Source: Haliotis rufescens
Taxonomy: Eukaryota
Length of the DNA stretch: 64,000 nucleotides
Assembly (NCBI RefSeq): GCF_023055435.1
Contig: NW_025964383.1
Coordinates: 26,474,001-26,538,000, forward strand
Reading direction: 5' to 3'
This document shows, piece by piece, positions 9,973-21,100 of the stretch (positions are counted from its first letter, which is position 1; each line of letters begins with the position of its first letter). Made by a program: the position numbers and the translations under genes. A model generated the notes under the pieces. It was not told the origin of the DNA and ran no database searches. It saw only the letters and a program-made list of their open reading frames with translations.

Positions 9973-12900
9973 CTAAACTGCCGGGCAAAAGAAAGCATAC
10001 ACCCATGTTAGATGGTTGATAAAATTGAGACAAACTAGAAATGGTTAATCGATAGCGATGTATTTGATACGGGTATTATAGTTGTATTTTTGATACCGTT
10101 TTGATAAAATTTGTAAGTTTTTGGTCAAATCCAATATTCAAGTGTTTATTTTCTTTGGTCCGACAGTATGTTTCCATGACATGATTAATTAAAATTAAGG
10201 GACATGCAACAAGGTTGTTTGGAAATGTAGCAGTGCACCAATCGGAGCTGCGCAATGACAGCAGCTAACACGGCTGAGCGAAATGTGGCAGAGTTGCACG
10301 TGGCTGGTGTATAGGTATCTACACAACACGGGCTACTTACAAACTGTCCATCAGTGGCAACTACGGGGATAGAATATTCAGTCTCTCGTTCGTAGTCCAA
10401 CGCTTGTCTCAGTTTGATGACGCCACTGCAACAACAAACATCAATGATGCAAGAAAGATGTCTCTCCATATATCACCCAATGACACTGATCCCTTGTTAA
10501 TCAATATGTTTTGTTGATTGTTCTCGACAGAGCATTCTTGAGTGCGACTCTGTCCTGGGGTGTAGAATGATGGTGACAAGCCTGATCGAGTAACACAGTG
10601 TAACGTTGAGCTATTAAAGATTTAAAAGTTAAGCTTGTCCTGGTAGACTTAAAATAAACCATCACTGGGGACAGTAATTTAAGTAGGATCTGTGCTTGAT
10701 AACATTGTTAGATAAGTAGGATCACCCAGTCCATAGTGATGGTCCCGGCAGAGCTGCAAGCATTGGCACGTTCGGATGTACACATATACAGGCAGCTGGG
10801 ACAAGATAATGGATGAACAACCTCTTCATTACAATTAGGAGCGACGTTCCGGTGTAGGTTCAACGATCCTTATCATGCAAGTGCTTGATAACGTTGTTGG
10901 AACCTACACCGAAGTGCTTGATAACGTTGTTATAACCTACACCGAAGTGCTTGATAACGTTGTTAGAACCAACACCGAAGTGCTTGATAACGTTGTTGGA
11001 ACCTACACCGAAGTGCTTGATAACGTTGTTGGAACCTACACCGAAGTGCTTGATAACGTTGTTGGAACCTACACCGAAGTGTTTGATAACGGTGTTAGAA
11101 CCTACACCGAAGTGCTTAATAACGTTGTTAGAACCTACACCGAAATGCTTGATAACGGCGTTAGAACCTACACCGAAGTGCTTGATAACGTTGTTAGAAC
11201 CAACACCGAAGTGCTTGATAACGCTGTTAGAACCTACACTCACGTGCTTGATAACGTTGTTAGAACCTACACCGAAGTGCTTGATACCGGTGTTAGAACC
11301 TACATCAAAGTGCTTGATAACGTTGTTAGGACATACACCGAAGTGCTTGATAACGTTGTTAGAACATACACCGGGGTGCTTGATAACGTTGTTAGAACCT
11401 ACCCCCAGGTGCTTGATAACGTTGTTAGAACATACACCGGAGTGCTTGATAACGTTGTTAGAACCTACACCCAGGTGCTTGATAACGTTGTTAGAACCAA
11501 CACCGAAGTGCTTGATAACGGTGTTAGAACCTACATCAAAGTGCTTGATAACGTTGTTAGGACATACACCGAAGTGCTTGATAACGTTGTTAGAACATAC
11601 ACCGGGGTGCTTGATAACGTTGTTAGAACCTACACCCAGGTGCTTGATAAAGTTGTTAGAACATACACCGGAGTGCTTGATAACGTTGTTAGAACCTACA
11701 CCCAGGTGCTTGATAACGTTGTTAGAACCAACATCGAGGTGCTTGATAACAGTGTTAGAATCAACACCGAAACGTCGCTCCTAATTGTAATAAAGAAGTT
11801 GTTCATCCATTTATGATCCTTACTTAGTGTTCCAACTTCTAAATGCCTCTCCAAGAAGTTATACAAGCAGCATATCCCTACTGCGAAAAGACAGTACAGT
11901 GAATCCTACTGTAATTGCCGCCCCCAATGATTAATATGTGATTTGGATCTGATCCTGCCCTACACTGAAACTCATCATGTTATTCAATATGTGGTGCCTC
12001 CTAAGCCTGGTCAATTCGCCTCACTTCACCAAGAAGCGAATGGGTAGGATGAGATTGAAATATTATTATACAGTGGACTTTATTTATAACGAACACGCTT
12101 ATAACGATCTGACGGATATAACGAACTGGTTTTTTTCATCCGAGCCATTTGCTGTATATATGCATATAACGAACTAGGGTTATAACGAACTATAATTAGT
12201 GGTCCCCTTGAGTTTGTTATAACCGTTGTTAACTGTATAACATAATATGCCTGGACGTGCTTGTAAACACAATATCTATTACTGAGTGTCGAAAATGGAA
12301 TTATTTCGGTTTAATATTAAAAGTGATGTTTGTAGATATTTTATTTCTCCTCACCTGTCAACATTGATCGTGAAAACATCTTCTTCTTTTGCAAATAGGT
12401 ACCGCAGTCTCGATCCCTGAAGGACAAGAAAATAACAACGCATTATAGCAATGAGTGAGTGAGTGAGTGAGTGGACGAGTGAGTGAGTGNNNNNNNNNNN
12501 NNNNNNNNNNNNNNNNNNNNNNNNNNNNNNNNNNNNNNNNNNNNNNNNNNNNNNNNNNNNNNNNNNNNNNNNNNNNNNNNNNNNNNNNNNNNNNNNNNNN
12601 NNNNNNNNNNNNNNNNNNNCGAGTAAGTGAGTGGACGGGTAAGTGGACGAGTGAGCGAGTGAGTGAGTGGACGTGTGAGTGAGTGGACGAGTGAGTGAGT
12701 GGACGAGTGAGTGAGTGAGTGGACGAGTGGATGAGTGAGTGAGTGGACGAGTGAGTGAGTGAGTGAGTGAGTGGACGAGTGAGTGAGTGAGTGGACGAGT
12801 GAGTGAGTGAGTGAGTGAGTGAACGAGTGAATGAGTGAGTGAGTGGACGAGTGAGTGAGTGGACGAGTGAGTGGACGAGTGAGCGAGTTTTACTAATAAG

Positions 12901-15072
12901 CCCTAAACAGGCTTTAAAAAAATAAAAAGCGTCAATAGTCGCTGGATCTGGAGATTACGTACAAAGTCCGTGTCTGTGGCAGTGACGGTTACAATGGTGG
13001 AACCCAGCGGCAGGCTCTCGGGGACGCTTGCTGTGTAGGCCGGCTGTTGGAAGGTGGGAGGTTTGCTGTTGATGGCGGATACCACTATTTTCAGGAAGGT
13101 CGTGTCTGTCCTGAACAAGTTGTCAATTTGTGTTGCCTGAAAGAAACAAATAGGTTTCGTCTGTGTAACATATGCATCGTTTCTGCTGTTATTAAAACTT
13201 GCATCATAAGCACGGATTCGAGTGGATATTTCGCTATAGGTTATGTACTGTTTACACCACCAGGACCAAGCCGCCTACATCGCTGGGATTCAGGCACTCC
13301 AGCATCGTTGACAGAGTGAGTGAGTATGGTTTTACGCCGCTTGTAGCAATATTCAAGCAATATCACGGCGGGGGACACCAGAAATAGGCTTCACACATTG
13401 TACCCATGTCGGGAATCGAACCCGGGTCTTCGGCGTGACGAGCGAACGCTTTAACCACCAGGCTACCCGACCGCCCCTCGTTGACAGAAGTACATGGACC
13501 TCGGAGAGATTTTGCTGAAAAATATTTAGTAATCAACTCCGTGTGCGCGGTCGGTCATAGTTAGGCTCAGAACGCTTCAGCTACATCCAGTATATAAATA
13601 CACATAGTGACAGTATATGGTCATCAAATGAGGTTTCCGTTTTGTATTTGTATTTATTTATTGATTTTTTGGTTGGTGGGGAAGAATTGCAAAAGTGCTT
13701 CAGTAGAGTGAGTGAGTGAGTAAGTTGGGTTTAACGCCGTCTTTAACAGTATTCCAGTTATATCACGGCGTGTCAGCTTAATGTGGGAGGAAAGCCCGAA
13801 GTGATGCAGGTCTCAGACGTTTACCACTTCGGTGAAACCCACGTGCACGGTAATGGCGCTGACAAACCTAGAAACCGGGATTCGAACCCACAATCATAGG
13901 TTTCTGGCGTGCCCAAGGGACGCAACTCTGCAGAGCGAATCGCGGCGCTCTAGACGACTGGGGCCCCAGTTCCCCCTGTTTGTATGGATCCAACGGTAAT
14001 TTTAAGTTTTTTTCTTTTTAATCTTACAAACTCAGATTTACTGACAAACATGATATGTATAGTTTGATAAAGTCGTATCAAAATAATTCTAAATTAAGTT
14101 TTTACCGACTGAGACGTGGGTGTGTGAGTGAGTATGATGTTATGCCGTTTGGGCATTATTCCAGCACTATCACAGGGATGGTACACAAGAAATGAGCCTC
14201 AGCCTCCCACATTGTGACCATGTGAGAAGTCGAACCTGGACCTTCGGCGTGAAGAGCGAACACTTTAACCACTAGGCTACCCGAGCGCCCCTTTAACCGA
14301 CTGAGGCTGTAGCCAGTGTGTACGGATGGTAATGACCCACCTCGATCATGATGGAGAACTCCTGGGCAGGGGGTGGGTTGTTGACGGACACTACAGCTGT
14401 GTCAGGGTCTATCTGGAAGTAGTCGTTGGTTGCTGAAATGTAAGGGATTATGTTAAAATACCCAGCCTAGATGTTGGGTTTGAATACGGTTTCTGCCAAC
14501 ATTAAGATAACACCTAGACATGCTAAAACATTGATGTGAATACATGTAAGTATATCTATAATGGATTATAACTTGTGTTTGAGCAGATATAATGTTCGAA
14601 AAACTATATTGCGACAGCTGTTTTGGTTATACGTATATCGGTTGCACAATAGTTGTTGAAGTGTACTTTCCTTAGTAGCAACAGCATTGGTAGTAATAGT
14701 AGTGGTAGTAGCAGCAGCAGAAGTAGTAGTAGTAGTTGTGTAGTAGAAGTAGTAGCGGTAGTGGTAGTAGTAGTAGTAGAAACAGCAGTAGTAGTAATAG
14801 TAGTAGTAGCAACAACAGTAATAGTAATGGTAGTAGTAGCAGTAGCAATAGTAGTAGTAGTAGTGGGAGCAGTAGAAGTAGTAGCAGTAGTCGTAGTAGA
14901 AGTAGTAGCAGCAGCAACAGCAGTAATAGTAATGGTAGTAGTAGAAGCGGCAGCAGCAGTAGTAGTAGTAGTAGTGGGAGTAGTAGTAGTAGTAGTGGGA
15001 GTAGTAGTAGTAGCAGTAGTAGTAGTAGTAGAAGTAGTAGTAGTGGGAGTAATAGTAGTAGAAGTGGGAGTA

Positions 15073-15118
<46 letters not shown>

Positions 15119-18100
15119 AAGTAGAAGCAGTAGTAGTAGTAGTAGTAGTATAATATCTCACCTTTCTTGATAGAATACCGCAGAGGGGCGTTGATTGTAA
15201 CATCTTGGTCACGTGCTGAGATGGCCTTTGTAACATTCACTACTCTCCCCTTGAACAGAAGATTACAGGAGATACTACACGGCAGCTTAAACAGTGTGTG
15301 AGTGAGTGGTTTGAGTTTAAGTGGCTTATCGCAATATTCCAGCCATATGAAGGAGGTCGAGACAAGACATGAACTTCACATAAGGTGTCCCTGTGGGGAA
15401 TGGAACCCAGGTCCTCGGCGTGGCGCCATTCCTTTAACCTCTAGACCACACCACCTCAAACAGGTGTGACAGCTCATGGACTCTTTGTAAACTAAACACA
15501 TAGATGATCTTCTTAAGACGACATCTTGAGAAAGTCAAACGAAAATTGCTTTATAAAGACACCCTAGAGGATTACGAGTAAGACGACAGACCCCCAGCAT
15601 CATATGGATGTCGTAAAGGCGACTACACGAATCGGAAGGTCAGGTTCGATGACTTCATTGAAAGCATGTCATCGTATCGCAGTTGCGTTGATCGATGCTC
15701 ATGATGTTAATCACTGGGTTGTCTGGTCAAGACTCAATTATTTAGAAACTGCCGTCATATAGCTGGAGTATTGCTGTGTGCGGCGTTAAACAACAAGCTT
15801 AGTGAATTTCGCATCCACTCTATCTAGACATGAAGACAAAAGAAGAAGATGTTTTCACGAAGAAAAAATATATATTACGTATCTTCAGTGAATCCAAATT
15901 TGAGACCAGGAACCCATACTTCAAAATGTTAACGGTACTGACATACTGATTGACCTACACGTAATGTCATGCGTCAATACCTCCAGGGTAGTCAGATTCG
16001 TATATCCTCATGTCATAACGCATTAAAAACCTGCACTCGGGAAGTAAATGACAAATAAATAAATGCAAAAATAGTGTGCAGCACTTCCTTCCGGAAGCAC
16101 CTTCACCCATATACCGTGTGCAAGTAATTACACACATGACCATGAAGGTATTTGACAGTAAATTTACACATATATCAGATTACGCTTTGTACCTTTGGTG
16201 AGAGTTCTGGTACGATTCCTGTATACGAAGGTTCGTCGAAAGCAGGAGGAAGATCATCCATGTCGACAACGTTGATGTGTAGCGTCGTTGTTGCCGTCAT
16301 CTGGGTTGCTCCACCAGTGGGCTGGTCCTGTCACAAAACACAAATTATAATTATAATTATGTATGCTTTTATCTTTAAACGAATAGCATACAAAGGGGCT
16401 ATTATTATTTATTGCAATCGTCAAAATAGGGTCTTCGTGTGTTCTTAGACCCTCCTCATTCCATAACACTGATAAGGACAAAATCTCACAGAGGTGGAAC
16501 GAGTCGTGCCTTGGTTCAATTGAATGATGTTTAACTCACCATTGCCGTGACTTGTATCGTCATGTTGGGGTTTGTTTCATAATCCAGCGGGCTGATGAGC
16601 GTAAGAGAAGTGCTAAGTGGGTTTTTAATCTCGAAGTATGACTGCAAAGAAAACAAGAACAACGTATTGAGAAAGCCAACTTTAGAATCATACAACCAAT
16701 AGCGGGCGTTTGAAAACCATGAAAACACATTGTACCTTTCGGAGTAATCGAACCATGGTCTTTGGTTATAACAGGCTCGCCGCGAATAGCTGCAAGATTG
16801 CTGATGCGGCGTTAAGCAAAACTTACTCACTCACTCATTATAATAGGCTAACGTTTTAACCACCATATTCGCCGGAGGAGATAATCTGGAAACTTTTATA
16901 CAATGTCATGTTATAAAATGAGGGTTTCTTTATCTTTCTTTATCTTGCGTCATCACTGATTTTCAGAAATCCATTCACGTCAATTTGATAACGATTTTGC
17001 TTTTACGCCCAATGAAATCTGATAATATAATATTTGACGTTGACGTTTTACATTATAGAAACACAGTGAATGTTTGGCTGAAATATGAGGGCTTTCCAGT
17101 GTTGGAGTAGACACGTGTGTGTTATATACTGACCGAGTACATCTCAGGGATGCTGTAGTAGATACGCCCATTGGAATTTTTATCTGCATCCCTGTCTGTT
17201 GCAGCAACTGGCGTTGGAATCACGCTTCCATTTGGCGTTATCTGCACATCAGTTGTAATCATCTCACCACAGAACTAAATGTTAAGTCTTTGAAAGGCAT
17301 TTAGAAGTGATACACATAAGGAAGATAATTTATGGATATCAACTTCTTTATTATGAGGAACACAACGTTGTGTTTGGAAGATAATTTATGGGTATCAACT
17401 TCTTTATCATGAGGAACACAACGTTGTGTTTGGAAGATAATTTATGGGTATCAACTTCTTTATCATGAGGAACACAACGTTGTGTTTGGAAGATAATGTA
17501 TGGGTATCAACTTCTTTATCATGAGGAACACAACGTTGTGTTTGGAAGATAATTTATCAGTATCAACTTCTTTATCATGAGGAACACAACGTTGTGTTTG
17601 GAAGATAATTTATCAGTATCAACTTCTTTATTATGAGGAACACAACGTTGTGTTTGGAAGATAATTTATCAGTATCAACTTCTTTATCATGAGGAACACA
17701 ACGTTGTGTTTGGAAGATAATTTATCAGTATCAACTTCTTTATCATGAGGAACACAACGTTGTGTTTGGAAGATAATGTATGGGTATCAACTTCTTTATC
17801 ATGAGGAACACAACGTTGTGTTTGGAAGATCATTTATCGGTATCAACTTCTTTATCATGAGGAACACAACGTTGTGTTTGGAAGATAATTTATCAGTATC
17901 AACTTCTTTATCATGAGGAACACAACGTTGTGTTTGGAAGATAATTTATCAGTATCAACTTCTTTATTATGAGGAACACAACGTTGTGTTTCTTATAATA
18001 AAGAAGCTGACCTCCATAAATTCTCTTCCCTAACATGTTGTCATTGAACATGTATGAAGTGTTGAGAACCTGTGCCATGACCTATTCATTATACAACACC

Positions 18101-21100
18101 TTAAGATGATAAACACAAGCCATATTGCTTGCGAAACGCCCCCCAAAATATTGATATAAAAGACAAAGGGTTTGCATTCGGCCAAGAACACTGCTAAGTA
18201 TTGGTCGAACGTTTCATATAAACATAGTTTGTCTTTAATAGGCTTTAATATTGCAAGACGCTTGACAAGCCGTGGAATCCTCCAGGTATTAGTGTTGGAG
18301 GCCTTAAAGAAACGTATAATGTAAACACATTTTTAGAATTTACTTGTAATTGCAATCCAGAAATAATATCTGCACAACCATGTCAAAACATAACTTGGCT
18401 CCATTTTTGCAAAAATATTTCTCAGTATATGACATTAACTACACTAGTTATAAATCGGTAACTTTCAAACAGAAATCTGTTTTGTCACAAGGATTCTCTG
18501 TGGGACTTAACACTGTTTACATTGTCTTGCCAATAACATACCTCGCTGACGTTTATGTAATAATTGTCCTCATCAAACACTGGTGGGTGGTCGTTGACAT
18601 CTTTGATCAGCATATGCACCGTGATAGCAACCTGGAATAGGATACAGTACTTACAATGTGGTACGTTTACATTGTCATAGCATCTCGATGATTACTGAGT
18701 CAGTGGGTTTAACGCCGCTTTTAACAGTGTTCCTTTTATATCACAGGGTGTCAGTTTAATGTGGGAGGAAAGCCCGAAGTGATGCAGGTCTTTCACGTTT
18801 ACCACTTTGGTGAAACACACGAGCACGGGTATGGTGCTGACAAACCTAGAAACATCACCGGGACGACCCGGGATTCGAAACCACGATCATCGGTTTCTGG
18901 CGTGCCCAAGGGACGCAACTCTTCACAGCGAATTGCGGCGCCTTAGACGACTTGGCCAAGTGTGCTCTCTCACGATTATTAACAGATTTATCCCATTATA
19001 AGTTATGCATAAACCATGACATGTTTCACTTCAGAAACACAGCTCTTCTGCCCTTAAAGAAGTTGAGCATCTTGTGAAAAGCCTAATGAGAAGCGATACC
19101 AGTGAAGATCCGGGTTACAATAGGTCTTCAGCAACCCATGCTTGTCATAAAAGGCGACTAACGGGGTCAGGTGGTCAGGTTCGCTGACTGGGTTGATGCA
19201 TGTTATCGTATCGCAAATGCGTGGATCGATGCTCATGATATCAATTACTGGATTGTCTGGTCCAGACTCGATTATTTACATAGCCGTTATATATGTTGGT
19301 TATTGTTGAGTGCGGCGTTAAACAACAAACAGACAAACAAATAATGAGACACGATAACACGATTGTTAAATGTTGATTAAGCTGGTACATGATGGTTGAT
19401 TAAGATAATACGCTTTACGCCCTATGGAATCGGCAGATAATCGAGTCAGGTTATTCTCTGGCCTTAACGTTTAGAATTTACACCTTTGTTCACAATTTAT
19501 GGTGGAAACTCTGAAAACCCCACACCCTTTCTAAAGCAGTTGTAAACTATCTTAATCGGTTAAGTGAGTGAGTGAGTATGGTTTTAAGCCGCTTGTAGCA
19601 ATATGCCAGCAATATCACGGCGGGGAACAGCAGAAATGGGCTTCACACATTGTACTCATGCTGGGAATCGAACCAGGGTCTTCGGCGTGACGAGTGAACG
19701 CTTTAACCACTAGGCGACCCGACCGCCCCTAATCGGTTAAGAACCATGAGTCAGTACTAACACATCAAAGAACAGGCAAACTCTGCAATTCACTAAAACG
19801 TTAAACGAGAAAACTTAAATAAAGGACGTTTCCGAGAAAATGGAGGTAGAAAAGGATCCTTTTACTTCACCCAACACGTGGGCACGGGTGGCCCAGTCGT
19901 CTAAGGCGACGCGATTCGCTCTGCAGAGTTACGTCCCTTGGGCACGCCAAAAACCTATGATTGTGGGTTCGAGTCCAGGTTCGCCCAGATTATGTTCTTA
20001 GGTTTGTCAGCACCATACCCGTGCTCGTGGGTTTCACCGAAGTGGAAAACGTCTGAGACCTGCATCACTTCGTGCTTTCCTCCAACATTAAGCTGACACG
20101 CCGCGATATAACTGGAATACTGTTAAAAGCGGCGTTAAAACCAACTCACTCACCCAACAGAGGGCACTGGTCAAAGTCCTGTTGGTGGTTCTTACCGTAG
20201 GTACCGGGGAGGTCGCCAGCTGACAACTCATGGAGAACTCCTCCCTTTCACTCCCTCTGTCAGCGTCCAACTTCTTGATCAGAATAATCTCCTGGCTTGT
20301 ATCATTGTAATCAAAATACGTGTTAGAATCTGCTGTGACCCTTATTTCATCGTGGGTGCCGTTGTATTGCATTTTCTTTACCACAGAACCTGAAAAAAGT
20401 AGGAAGTTACAAATATAGTATATTGGAAAGCTTCAAGCAAATTCTGTGCAGGTCTATCAATCAAAAAGTATTTTGAAAGTTGTTTAACATTAAGTTATTT
20501 GTTAAAGTGCCAAATTTTGCAGGGCCATTATAGTTTGTTAAACACACGCTCGTCATATAGTCGGAATCGTACAATGGATTCTGCTTTAGGCACAGATTTC
20601 TTATGATTGTGGAAATGTTTTTTGTTGCCTTTATTTACTCGCCAAGGAGCTGAGAATGCAATTGGGGATGAACGCTATCGATCCATGGATAACATAGGTG
20701 AGACGAAATGGGGTTCAACGTCGCGTCCAAGATTATTGCACTTATAGAGCGACGTGCATGTACGTGTGTGTGGCTGGGTGTTCTAGTCCGGACTAATGCC
20801 GAATTTATAGTGCTAGCTCACTGAGATACCATGCCGCAGTTTAACATGAATACCCCACTCAGACACAGTATACTGACTCCGAGCCGACCAGTCCTTGTTT
20901 TAGCCCCTTAATGCCGAGCGCCAGACAGGGTAACAACAAGTACCATCTTTTAACGTCTTTTGGTACGACGCGGCCGGGGATCGAACTCCGGACCTTCCGC
21001 TCTCCGGGCGGACGCCCTACCATTAGACCACGGAGGCGGTTTTTGATATAACATGGACATGATAAGATATTATACGCTTCCCTACGCTTGTGTATTAAAC

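Noticed and set aside
10860-11816. Long ORFs (313, 277 and 127 aa) with 11-aa repeats; CRISPR-like appearance
   Set aside because: Products of a stop-free 33-bp tandem inside an intron; there are no unique spacers and the DNA is eukaryotic.
14566-15240. Poly-Tyr/Thr/Val/Ser ORFs, including read-through from exon 8
   Set aside because: Translations of a (TAG)n microsatellite; the exon ends at a good donor at 15162.
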